Below are positions 1 through 10,746 of a DNA stretch of 64,000 nucleotides, in pieces. A program made the position numbers and the translations under genes. The stretch's first letter is position 1. Every line of letters starts with the position of its first letter. Source of the DNA: Dictyostelium discoideum (taxonomy: Eukaryota); the NCBI GenBank assembly GCA_000004695.1, contig CM000155.2:2336001-2400000 (forward strand), given 5' to 3'. Below the pieces are notes generated by a model. It was given only the letters and a program-made list of their open reading frames with translations, was not told where the DNA came from and ran no database searches.

Positions 1-964
1 AGATAGATTGTGAGATAATGTTCAAAAAAACCTGGAATCAAAGATATAAAAAAAAATAAAAAAAAATTTTTTTTTTTTTTTTTTTTGTAAATTGGAATTA
101 TATTGAGTTGGGTAAAAAATCAAGGAGTTTCTTTTTTTTATTTTTTTATTTAATTAATATATTTTTTTTTTATTTACAATATAAAATATAATTATTGGAG
201 AATAAGAAAAAAAATATTGGAAAAAAAAAAAAAAAGTGGTCTTTCACAATAACTGTTTTTAAAAGTATTGATTTAATGTTTTTTTTTTTTTTTTCGATTG
301 GTGATGTTTTTTCTATTGGCTTTATTTTTTAAACAGTTATTTTATTTAGATGCAGAATTTGGTTATTATTTTGAAAATCAAAAAAAAAAGTTAATGAGTC
401 AATTTTCTCATATTACCTATTTTTAAAACTGATAAATTATTTAGTTGATATGTAATCTATTTTTTTACTTTTTTTTTTTTTATGACAGAAAATTTTGAAC
501 ATTAAATGGATATATTAAAATGCCACAAAAAAACAAAAAAATAAAATATAGTTTAAAAACATCAACTTTTTTTTTTTTTAGAGTTTCTTTAAATTGCTTT
601 CTTTACAGGCCTGTAACGAAAGTGGTATATTCAGAAGGACCAATAAGAATTATATTTTATTTAAATTTTATTTATATTTATAATTTATTTTATTTATATC
701 TTTAATAATTTAAATTAATATTATTTTTATTTATTTTAATTTTATATTTATTTAATTTAATTACAACACATTTTTATTTTAATTTATTTTTTTTAATTTT
801 TTGATATGTTAACTTTTTAAAACACATATTATTAGTTAAAAAAAGAGACTAACAAACTCATTTTATTACTTTATATAGGAAAGAATAGAATTTAAATAAA
901 TATATATAATATAAATACCTTCATCTTTAGTGTGTGTGGTTTAATATTAATATTTTTTTTTTTT

Positions 965-1312
965 TTAAATTTACTTTTAGATGAACATATGAATGAAGAG
1001 ATTTGTGATTTCGGTCTTTCAAAATTAAAGAGTAAATCAACAGAGATAACAAAATCAATTGGTTCTCCAATTTGGATGTCACCTGAATTATTAATGGGTG
1101 AAGATTATACTGAAAAAGTTGATGTATGTGCTTATGGTATCATTCTTTGGGAATTGGGTACTGGTGAATTACCTTATTCTGGTTTAGATTTAGTTCAATT
1201 AGCTTTGGCTGTCACTACTAAATCACTTGGTCCTCTAATTCCAAATGTTTGGCCTTATCAATTATCTCAATTAATTCAATCTTGTTGGCATCAAGATCCT
1301 TTGACTCTCTAA
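965..1312 (+). CDS. Protein-kinase catalytic-domain C-lobe fragment (subdomains VIb-XI), TKL/tyrosine-kinase-like; partial gene or pseudogene
   Basis: The translation reads NLLLDEHMNEEICDFGLSK...GSPIWMSPE...DVCAYGIILWEL...CWHQDPL, which covers the HRDLKxxN-LLD tail, DFG, APE-equivalent and subdomains IX-XI. Homology starts abruptly after a T14 run at about 953-966. No N-lobe, HRD or VAIK region is found in 1-930. No AG acceptor lies immediately upstream of the homologous part. The frame ends at TAA 1310-1312, slightly early for a kinase. Confidence 0.55.
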   Translation, partial: LNLLLDEHMNEEICDFGLSKLKSKSTEITKSIGSPIWMSPELLMGEDYTEKVDVCAYGIILWELGTGELPYSGLDLVQLALAVTTKSLGPLIPNVWPYQLSQLIQSCWHQDPLTL

Positions 1313-1903
1313 GTGGATTATTTTTTTTTTAAAAAAAATAAAATAAAATAAATAATTACTTTTTTTTTTTTTGTTTCACGTGTGTTTTTAAAAAATTCAT
1401 TTTTATTTTTTATTTTTTTTTTCGAGTAATTGTTTAAAAAAATAAAATATTTATCACTATCTTTTTTTATTATTTTAAATATACATAAATACCAAATTGA
1501 AATATTTTTTTATTTTTAAGAACTAATTTGTAACTTTTGTTTCAATGTAAATATATATATATTATAAATTATAATTTAATTCAACTTTATTTTTTTTTTA
1601 TTATTTTTTTTTTATACTAATTTTTATTTTTTATTATTTTTATATATACTATAATAATGACATAAACCATAGGTGTTGAAGAATCAAATAAAATGAAAAT
1701 TTTGAAAAAAAATACAATAAAAAAAAATAATACAGATACCTACACAAAAGAGAAAGTTAAAAAAGATAAAGAAAATGGTGTTCCTAAATTAAAATTAATT
1801 AAAGTAGATCAATTTTCTTTTGTTGATATGTCCAGTATTAAGTTAGAATCTGATATATTAAAATTTATTGAAAATGTGATTATCTAAAAAAAATATATTA
1901 ATT

Positions 1904-2737
1904 TTGTTTTTAATTTTAATAATTACTGACTTTTTTTATGATTTAAAATATTTAAAGAATAAAAAACTTTTAGATCTTTATAATGGATTTGTAATTGATA
2001 AACAAGTTGAAATTAATGAATTTATTAATGGTGATTATGTAAAACAAGCATATTTATATAAAGGATTGGTTATTATTAATACATTAACTGAATCTAATAT
2101 TCATGCAATTACAGTTGGTATTATAAATGATACATTGGCAGTATATAGATGGAATAATGCTGAAGTTGGAACTGCAGGTACTGGGTCAATTGCAATCAAT
2201 CAAAATACATGCCAACAACCAGATGGTCAATTATATAGAGTACCCCAATTTCCTTTACTTCAAAATCCTTTTCCAGTTTTTGCACAAGATGTTTATTATA
2301 AATCATTACCACCTCCAGCAGCAATGCAAAAAATTATTCTTTATTTTAATGTTCCAACAATTAATGCATTACTTTTTATTCAAATCTATGATAGAGATCC
2401 ATTATATGGTGGTAATTTTAAAGCAGTCGCTGGGTTATACCAAAGAAATTTTAGTATTATATATCCGTCATCAATCATCTCTTTTGGTAGTCAACCATTA
2501 TCTGCAAATGATATTGCAACATATAATCAATTATCTAATAATACTCCAATTACAGGTTACTTACATAATAATAATAATTTAAACAACAATCCAAACAATC
2601 AAATGTTTATTATTACCATCAATCAAGAAACATTATATAACAATCCAGTTCCTGTTGGTACCGGTCCATTGGAACTTAATCTTTTTATTGTAAAACAAAA
2701 AATGGACCTTGTAGCAGATTTCCCTGCAACATTTTAG
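1904..2737 (+). CDS. Hypothetical protein (277-aa ORF); a possible upstream exon is the 64-aa ORF at 1693..1887
   Basis: The ORF is long and uses non-trivial codons (ccc, gtc, gct, ggg, ccg), unlike the AT-only spurious ORFs. No domain is recognised. The start and any intron are unresolved. Confidence 0.4.
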   Translation: MFLILIITDFFYDLKYLKNKKLLDLYNGFVIDKQVEINEFINGDYVKQAYLYKGLVIINTLTESNIHAITVGIINDTLAVYRWNNAEVGTAGTGSIAINQNTCQQPDGQLYRVPQFPLLQNPFPVFAQDVYYKSLPPPAAMQKIILYFNVPTINALLFIQIYDRDPLYGGNFKAVAGLYQRNFSIIYPSSIISFGSQPLSANDIATYNQLSNNTPITGYLHNNNNLNNNPNNQMFIITINQETLYNNPVPVGTGPLELNLFIVKQKMDLVADFPATF

Positions 2738-3983
2738 AAATTGATACTGTTATTTATTTATATTAATTATATATATATATTTATTTATTTACATACACGA
2801 AAGCAATAGTCGTTCGTAACAATAATTATTATAATTAATTATTTCTAAATAGTTTATTAGAAAATTATATATTCTTAAATTAGATATTCAATAATTAATA
2901 TAAATTAATTATTTTTCAAATTAGTATATTATTTTAATTATTCTCTTTTAGCAAATTATGTCAAATCATTTTATATAGTACAAAAGGTAAATTAAAATAT
3001 TATTATTTTCAGTTTTATTAGGAGATTACTCAACAATATAAAATTAATATATTTTTATAATTAATAAAATTAAATAAATAAATAAATTTTAAATTAAATT
3101 GAATTAAATTGAATTATTAAAGCTAAATAAATAAATATATATAAAATTAATATAAATAAATAAATAAATTAAATTACAAAGTTTTTCTAGATTATACCAC
3201 TTCAGTTTCAAATCAATGTAATAACCACTGTTAATCTACTAATTACAGAATTATGTTATTAAGGTCTAGACTTACTAAATGAATTACACACTACAAAGAT
3301 TATGTTGTCTATCATTCATTATAATTATGATGAATGATTGACAACTTTATTTAATGTTATTTTATGAGTATTTATACTCTTATGTTTTATGCTAGCTAAT
3401 CATTACTCGTTCCAATAGAACCTTCTAGAACGCATGTTGATTCATTAAAGATATTTATTGATTCCTTGAAAACCTTAAGAAACATCTTAACCCCTAACTT
3501 ACTTACACGAATCCATGTACCATGATTGATCACATTGTAATAAAGTTACTCTATAAAATTAATAGATATTAAATATGCATATTACATTACTAATTATAGT
3601 TGACACATTTAAATAATATAATAATAATAATAATAATACTGTCAACTCATTATAAATAATATAAATACAAAAGAATAATTTTATTTTACAATATTGAATA
3701 TCATAAAATATAAATTAATATTAAATAAAGATAACAAAATATTATTCAATTATATAATTATTAATTATATATTTTATAAAGTTAACAAGCTTCTGTAATA
3801 ATCGCGAATAATTAAACGACATAAATTATTATATAATCCACAATTTCGCTTATTTTTTGTAGGCATTTGTGTTGCTTAATATTTGTGGTGTTGTTTGTGA
3901 TTTTCATTTTATTTTCTTTCTATCTTTTTTATTTTTCTTTAAAAAGTTAAAAATCTGGAAATTTTCTGATTAACTTGGGTTCC

Positions 3984-3985
<2 letters not shown>

Positions 3986-4055
<70 letters not shown>

Positions 4056-4625
4056 TTATAGAAAGTACTGAGTGAATTATTGTATTTTTTGAGATGTTTA
4101 GGAAGTTCTATTGCGTGAAGAGGTGAGTTCCATTGTCTGCTAAATTGTAATAGCTTTAGCGAGATTAGTGAGTCTAATTTATTTTGTTCTTCAGGCCGTT
4201 GCTTTGATTTGATTCTTAATGTTTTGTTTATAACCGCTTGTGTCCTGTCCCATGCAGCTCTTTGTGTTTTAATTAGTTCACGTATGACTTGTTGTCTGTG
4301 AATTATTATTTCTTTTTCATCGTGAATGAGTTTATTTCTTTTGTGCCAGATTTTTTCGAATATGATAGCTATTAAATTGGCTACTAGTGCAATTTGTAGA
4401 TGGTTTAAAATCTTCACATTCCAGGTGTGAGTGGTGTGTCCACACTTAGTTAGGGTGTAGTTGAAGATTTCTTGTGTTTTTTTGATGTGGGCTTTGCAGT
4501 TGAAGAATATATGTTCTGAAGTCTCATCTTCCCCACACTGTTGGCATGGCATGTTGTATATTTTTGGTAGTGCTTTCAGTGTGTATCTCCATAATAGATC
4601 TCTACCTTCAGAAAACGACCTTGAT
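3986..4625 (-). mobile_element. 5'-truncated non-LTR retrotransposon 3' fragment (TRE5-like by position): ORF2 C-terminus with CCHC-type zinc motif plus a ~66-nt poly(A) tail
   Basis: The minus-strand frame is open from about 4624 to the stop at 4052-4054. It reads ...RDLLWRYTLKALPKIYNMPCQQCGEDETSEHIFFNCKAH..., the typical C-terminal Cys/His motif of LINE ORF2. The stop codon is followed directly by poly(A) on the minus strand, seen as plus-strand T run 3986-4051. The 5' junction lies ~30-50 bp upstream of the tRNA-Ser at 4655, head-to-head with it. That matches the known TRE5 target site about 48 bp upstream of tRNA genes. Confidence 0.6.
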
Positions 4626-4654
4626 TACACTTCATTACATAATCAAACATCAAA

Positions 4655-4736
4655 GACATCGTAGCAAAGTGGTCTAATGCGTCTGACTAGAAATCAGATC
4701 CCTTCGGGGGCGCAGGTTCGAACCCTGCCGATGTCG
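4655..4736 (+). tRNA. tRNA-Ser (anticodon AGA), type II with long variable arm
   Basis: The sequence is GACATCG-TA-GCA..TGC, with anticodon stem TCTGA / loop CTAGAAA / stem TCAGA. Positions 34-36 are AGA. The long variable arm is TCCCTTCGGGGGCGC, the T arm is GCAGG-TTCGAAC-CCTGC, the acceptor 3' strand is CGATGTC and the discriminator is G. There is no intron. Confidence 0.85.
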
Positions 4737-4764
4737 ATTGGTTTTGGATGTTCCAACGAAGTTC

Positions 4765-5654
4765 GGGTTTTAAAATACTAATCATAGTCCAACAGTTTTT
4801 CAAAATATAAACGATAACCATATTTTTTTTAAACTTTCAAGAGAATAATCATCATGTCCACATCACACCTCAACCCTCAACGATATGTGCAGACACTGGG
4901 GTGTATTCAGAGTCAAATTTTACCAAAACCATCCAAAGATAAATGAACTTCCAGACTGTATAAGAAACGACAATGACGAACCACTAAAACTGAAAGAAAT
5001 TTACGAACTCATGATCAAAGACAGACACCCAACACCAAGAAGAACAGAATGGCAGAAGTTATGGGCGGTGAGATACAACACAGCAATACCCAAAGTATTC
5101 ATAAACATCAACATCATTTCTCACCAAAAAGGTAGAAACACCCTCTTCAGATTCTTCTCAAGATCACTTCCAGGTATCAACCACGAAAGAGACACCAGAT
5201 GCAAGATCTGTGGCCACCTATTCAGAGACCCTTATTCTCACCTCTTCACTCTATGCCAAGATATCCTAGATATTGAAAAAACCATCATATCAACAGTTAA
5301 CAAATTATCATTCATCAAAATCCACAGATGGTCAATGGATACCTTAGACATATCAAAATACAACAGAACTGAGAGAATCTTCCCCAATCTCATAGGAATA
5401 ATAGCACACCAATTATGGAAGATAATCTGTCACAAATTGTTCAACACTGATGAAAGCAAACCAGAGCCAAAATTCGAACAAAAGGTCATAGAAACAGAAT
5501 TACTAAATCTCATCGAAACTGAAAAATTCATCACACTAAAGAAAATCAAACACGACGAAGCAATACTAAAAAACACCAATCAAGATCTTCACAAATACAA
5601 ATTCAACAAAGCCTGGCAAACCCCAGCAGCTCCGAACCCTCTTCCAATTTAAGT

Positions 5655-5700
<46 letters not shown>

Positions 5701-5850
5701 GTTTAAAAAATTTAATACAATTGAATAATAAAAATAAAATCGTTTAACAAACACCGCCGAAAAGACACAAGGACATTCCTTGAAGGTCTGATCACAGGTA
5801 AAAAAAAAAAAAAAAAATGTCCACATTGGTACTTGGACATTTTAATGTAA
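4765..5850 (-). pseudogene. Disrupted and truncated paralog of the 7104..7613 / 10747..11244 small-protein family, split by a TRE3-type insertion
   Basis: Minus strand 5850..5827 encodes MSKYQCGH. After the retroelement, minus strand 4863..4765 continues DDYSLESLKK(Y)GYRLYFEKLLDYD with one frameshift. The rejoined sequence matches the paralog N-termini MSKYKCPHDYYSLESLKKYGYRVYY and MLKYKCEHDDFSLESLKEYGYRLYF. The copy ends about 30 bp from the tRNA-Ser 3' end, so most of the gene is missing. Confidence 0.55.
4864..5817 (+). mobile_element. 5'-truncated TRE3-type non-LTR retrotransposon (ORF2 C-terminus, internal A30, ~110-bp 3' module, terminal A18) flanked by a 10-bp target-site duplication
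   Basis: The frame reads ...TLFRFFSRSLPGINHERDTRCKICGHLFRDPYSHLFTLCQD..., the Zn-knuckle C-terminus of a LINE ORF2. It is homologous to the element at 29240-30600. The stop is at 5652. An A30 run at 5661-5690 is followed by 5691-5799 of unique sequence and then an A18 run at 5800-5817. The direct repeat ATGTCCACAT at 4854-4863 and 5817-5826 brackets the element. The insertion point is ~120 bp downstream of tRNA-Ser(AGA) on the same strand, which is the classic TRE3 target position. Confidence 0.65.
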
Positions 5851-6050
5851 ATTATAAATTAGAATAGGTTATTGTGTGAACAAAAAAAATAATAAAAAAT
5901 GTTTTTTTTAAAATTAATAATTAATAATTTTAAAAGAAAAAACAAAAATAAATAAATAATAAAACTTTTTTTTTGGTTGTAATATTTTTATGAACCAACA
6001 CTCTCACCCACAACTGAAATTATATTTTTAAAACTGTTGCACCACTCTCC
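5851..6050 (-). promoter_or_regulatory. Conserved non-coding upstream element, copy 1 of 3 (5' flank of the disrupted small-gene paralog)
   Basis: Copy 1 is near-identical to 7620-7860 and ~85% identical to 11250-11480. The shared core is aattagaataggttattgtgtgaa...aatgtttttt...attaataa..agaaaaaacaaaaataaat...gtgaacc.acactctcacccacaactgaaattatattttt. Each copy lies immediately 5' of a family member on the minus strand. Confidence 0.45.
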
Positions 6051-6189
6051 AAGTGTTTTTATTTTTTTTTTTTTTTTTAAAAGCTATTTTGTGATTATTT
6101 TATATAATCTTAATATCTAATGTAATAAACTGAGCAACAAAATATGCTACCGGTTTTATGATACCCCACCAAAATACTTGTTATATTAT

Positions 6190-6830
6190 GTAATTGAAGT
6201 GGAAAATGTTATTGCTTGTTGTGATCTGATTTCTTTTCCTTTGTTGTTAATCTTGCTGTCGCTGCCTCTTTATCTTTTTTAGATCTTTCTTCTTTGGGGG
6301 CATATCCTTTTAATATCATATCTAAAATTGGTGGAGTATTACCTTCTTCAATTGTCATCAGTTCTATCAATTGTTTTTGACCCAGTGAATGCTAAACAAC
6401 ATATATATTATTACTAACACTGCTTGTTATTGGAATTGATTCGATTGAAATTATTGCAACTATACAATAATCACCTGCTAATAAATTATCAAAGATAAGG
6501 TTGCCATCAGAATCTGTTGTTGTTTGAATTAAATTGATATTGATCTGTTTGAATTGTTGATGTTTAACCATTTCCACTGTTGGTTAAAGTAATTTCATAG
6601 AATGGTGTAACTGGGAAACATGGTTTAACAATACCTTCAACACTCGGTGAATCATCAGTACGTTTACCAGTATTGGGATGATCGAACCAAACACTATCGT
6701 TTACATTGAAAGTGGAATAAGATCGAGATTTGCATTTGTGGTTGATCGAGTAAATCGAATGCGTATTTACCATTTCATCTATGACAAGTCTGTGGTTGAT
6801 GTTCAAAATTTAAAGTTATTTTTATTTATT
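6190..6830 (-). pseudogene. CnaB-type (carboxypeptidase-regulatory-like, colossin-like) repeat protein fragment with a frameshift
   Basis: Minus ORFs 6564..6806 and 6392..6577 overlap in different frames. Together they give ...VKHQQFKQININLIQTTTDSDGNLIFDNLLAGDYCIVAI..., which matches the CnaB / prealbumin-like motif TDxDGxYxFxNLxxGxYxV. A C-terminal tail ...ILDMILKGYAPKEERSKKDKEAATARLTTKEKKSDHNKQ* ends near 6190. There is no intact long ORF. Confidence 0.45.
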
Positions 6831-6997
6831 TTAATTTTATTTTATTTTATTTTATTCATTAAATAACTCATTCTCTTTTTAATTCTTACATATTTCACTT
6901 TGTGAGTTTGTGTTTGAAAAAAAAAAATTATAAAAAAAAAAAAGTTGCAACTTTTTTTAATATAATTATTATTTTATTTTTTTTTTATTATTTTTTT

Positions 6998-7040
<43 letters not shown>

Positions 7041-7103
7041 TTACAAATAACCTCAATGACAATGTTAAAAAAAAAATGGATTAAAATATGGAAAAGTTAA
7101 ACA

Positions 7104-7613
7104 CTAACGAGTGCAGTTATCTGGTAAATGGTCAGCATCATAATCACATTTTGTTCCCTCTGGAAGATCACATAATCTTACTGGCTTTCCATTAAGAATT
7201 CCAACTTTGAAATTAATTAACACAAGTTTGTTTTGCATATTGATTGGGTCTACTTTTATTTCTTTTGCATCAAAAGTTTTGTATATTCCATCGATTGGGT
7301 CCTTTCTTCTTTCTTTTAATTCGAAAAAAATTTCATAAAAAATTAGGTCACTTTCTTTTGTTTGTTTAGCATATTCAAAGATTCTAGCATCTTCAAAATA
7401 TCTTTGTGTTGAAGTTAAAAATTGCTCCATTACTATTTTATAAATCTCTTTCATTTTTGTTTTACATTCTTCGTTGCAATAACCATTAAGCATTTTTGGA
7501 AAAAGGTTAGGGTTAACCAATTCATCATAATACACACGATAACCATATTTTTTTAAACTTTCAAGAGAATAATAATCATGTGGACATTTGTACTTGGACA
7601 TTATAATGGACAT
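7104..7613 (-). CDS. Small-protein family member (169 aa), function unknown; its C-terminus ends ...CDYDADHLPDNCTR
   Basis: The ORF is intact and ~70% identical at the amino-acid level to 10747..11244. It has a conserved upstream element and an A-rich start context. No domain is recognised. Confidence 0.7.
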   Translation of the reverse strand: MSIIMSKYKCPHDYYSLESLKKYGYRVYYDELVNPNLFPKMLNGYCNEECKTKMKEIYKIVMEQFLTSTQRYFEDARIFEYAKQTKESDLIFYEIFFELKERRKDPIDGIYKTFDAKEIKVDPINMQNKLVLINFKVGILNGKPVRLCDLPEGTKCDYDADHLPDNCTR

Positions 7614-7619
7614 ACCAGT

Positions 7620-7860
7620 AAAATTGAAATAAAATAAAATGTAATACTTTGTAAATTAAAAATTAGAATAGGTTATTGTGTGAATAAAAAAAATAATAAA
7701 AAAAATGTTTTTTCAAATTATTAATAAAAGAAAAAACAAAAATAAATGGATAATAAAACTTTTTTGCTTGTAATATTTTGTGAACCCACACTCTCACCCA
7801 CAACTGAAATTATATTTTTAACACAAAATTTCCAATATCAACACTGTTGTACAACCACTT
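7620..7860 (-). promoter_or_regulatory. Conserved non-coding upstream element, copy 2
   Basis: See 5851-6050. It lies directly 5' of the 7104..7613 CDS. Confidence 0.45.
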
Positions 7861-8264
7861 ACAAATTGTTTTTACTTTTTTTTACAAATTGTATTGAGCT
7901 CCAAAAATAGAATACTAGAAAAAAAAAACTAATTTATAGAAAATGAAAAATAAAGAAAGAAAATCATTCATTCATTCATTCCAACAGACTGATTAAAACA
8001 AAAACAACAACAACAACAACAAATAAATAAAATAATGAAAAAGGTCAGAGTCAACCAACTCTTCATAAAAAGTATAACTAAATTTTTGGCTTTTTTCTAT
8101 GTTATTTATTGATTTACCAATATATAGAAGTGGAAATGGAATATTTGGAGGGGAACCTGTATATGTATTTGGTTTTTGTGAGAAAATTAAATAAACACCT
8201 GGAAATGCACATTCTTTTGGAGGTTCTCCATCATCTAAAAAAGGAACACATATCCATATAAAGA

Positions 8265-8777
8265 ATGGGAAAAGGTGAATTGGAACTTGCAGGATTTATC
8301 CTTTCTGAAGCATTTGATGAGAAAGCTGAAAAAGAAAAAGTTGAAAAGGAAAAAGCTCTAAAAGAGAAAACTGAAAAAGAAAAAGCTGAAAAAGAGAAAG
8401 CTGAAAAAGAGAAAGTTGAAAAAGAGAAAGCTGAAAAAGAGAAAGCTGCCAAGGAAAAAGCTGCAAAGGAAAAAGCTGAAAGAGAGAAATCAAAGAGTGC
8501 TGTTTCACCAGCTACCACCAATCAAAATTCAAATAAAGGTAATGTAGAAAAGGGTGTAGCAATTGGAGTTTTGGCAGGTGGTGCTGTTACTGGTGTTGCT
8601 GTCGGAGGTGCTTATCTTGCCGATAAATATATTGCTAGTAAAGCCGCTGGAGCCGCTGTTAATGTTATTGAACTAACACCAATTCCAAATGCTGCAAACA
8701 CTGCAAACAATGCAGCAGCTGTTAGTCAAGGTTCGCACCGTTGGCAACCACTACCATATTATTTGTTTAATATTTAA
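8265..8777 (+). CDS. Possible low-complexity protein: (EKEKA)n repeat region plus a Gly/Ala-rich hydrophobic C-terminal segment (GVLAGGAVTGVAVGGAYLADKY)
   Basis: This is a 170-aa ORF with an in-frame stop just upstream. The repeat is a 15-bp unit gaaaaagagaaagct x ~10. Minus-strand ORFs overlap it, so the coding strand is not secure. Confidence 0.3.
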   Translation: MGKGELELAGFILSEAFDEKAEKEKVEKEKALKEKTEKEKAEKEKAEKEKVEKEKAEKEKAAKEKAAKEKAEREKSKSAVSPATTNQNSNKGNVEKGVAIGVLAGGAVTGVAVGGAYLADKYIASKAAGAAVNVIELTPIPNAANTANNAAAVSQGSHRWQPLPYYLFNI

Positions 8778-9389
8778 TTGGTGATCACTTAGTTTTATAA
8801 AAAATTTTAGAGTGAGAATTAAATAAAATTTTTTTTAATTCTTTAATTAGAGTAATAATAATTTAATTTTTTATTTTTTTTTTATTTAATTGTTAGAGAA
8901 TTATATTATGCAATTGTAGTCAAACATTTCTATTCCTTTTGACTGAGAGTATTTTTGGGTGCAAGAATAGGATCATCCAAAAGGACGAAATAAATATGTT
9001 AAACCTGACATTGAATATTTTATAGTATCACCTCCTTGAATTTTATTTTTTTCATGACTGAATTCATTCTTGTTGCTTGTTGTTGACGGTTGTTAGTTGT
9101 TGGTTGTTGATTGTTTTTGTTGGTTGTTGGTTGCTGTGTTGTTGGTTGTTGTTTGTTTACCTTTATTATTTTTTATTGCTTGTTTTGTATTAATTGAATA
9201 ACTGGTGGGTAAATATTCGATGATATTGTTGAAGATGAAAGAGTCATAGTGGGTACATTTTGTTGTTGTGATCTGAGTTGTTTTTTAATTTTTAGATATA
9301 TTATCTTTCTTTTTCTTTGTTGGTGTTGTTGCTACAAGGATAAGTCCTGCAAGTTCCAATTCACCTTTTCCCCATTCTTTAATTTTTGT

Positions 9390-9990
9390 CCAGTAGTTCC
9401 TGTTGTTAATCTCGCCGCCTTTATTTTTTTTAGATATACCTTTCTTCTTTGAAGCATATCCTTTAATATCATATCTAAAATTGGTGGAATATTACCTTCT
9501 TCAATTTATTCTAAATATTTTACCAATTTTGAATGAATCTAACCAAGCACTATCCTCAACTGTGAGTAATGGAAATAAACCAAGATTGGCGTTTATAATT
9601 GTTTCATCGAAAACAATATGATCCTGATACTTGATCTTTTAATGCATATTTACCATTTTCATTTGTGACAAAGGTGTAATTAATGTTCCATTTGTTGATG
9701 ATGTGATAATAACTTGAACCCCATCTGATTCTTCTTTACCACTGTTATTCTTATTGATCTAAAATATTGAGCAATATCGAGTGTTGATACGAAACCTGGA
9801 TTGCCATCAGTTCTATGAATAGATTGTGATCCAGTGGGTGCTAATCAATATTCATTATCAGCAAAGAAATTATCTGCACTGCTTGTTACTAGAATTGATC
9901 GATTAGAGTTTGCAACTATACAATCACCTGCTAACAAATTATCAAAGATAGGGTTGCCATCAGAATCTGGTGTTGTTTAAATTAAATTAC
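9390..9990 (-). pseudogene. Second, rearranged copy of CnaB/colossin-like gene fragments
   Basis: Segments 9421-9500, 9781-9850 and 9885-9985 match 6275-6350, 6340-6400 and 6455-6535. An extra CnaB-like unit (...VTNENGKYALKDQVSGSYCF...) is inserted at about 9500-9780. The frames are broken. Confidence 0.4.
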
Positions 9991-10107
9991 CATTTGAGTA
10001 TTGTGGGTCATGATTCTATGATTTCAAACTACGTTCTAAATTTAATGAACATTAATGAAAATTCTTCTTTTGAATTTTTTGAATCTTTATCTTTATCTTT
10101 ATCTTTA

Positions 10108-10247
<140 letters not shown>

Positions 10248-10746
10248 TCATTTTTTCATATTTCTTTAATTTTTTATTTCATTTTTACGATCGTGGAACA
10301 AAATATAATGGTTCGAGCAAAAATTGAAAAAAAAAAAAAAAATTGGAAAAATTGGAAAAAAAAAAAAAAAAAAAAAAAAAAATTGGCGCTAAATGAAAGT
10401 AAATTGTTATTTATTCTCAAAACAATCTAATAACCTTTTTATAAATAGTTTTTTTATTGTTTTGGTTAAATTAATAGTTTTTAATATTTAAAAAAAAAAA
10501 AAAAAATAAAAAAATAAACAAAAAATAAAAAAAAGAAATCACACTATTTTTTTTTTAAATCAAAAATAAATTAAAAAATAAAATTAAAAAAAAAAAAAAG
10601 AGGCAAGGCTGATGGTTGAATTGTTGTTATAAAAAAAATAGATAAAAAACATTGATATTTATTTATTAAATTTGGATATTTGTGAAAAAAAAATAAGGAT
10701 TGAGAATGATACAAAAAAAAACCTTTTTTTACCTAAAGTTGAAACA

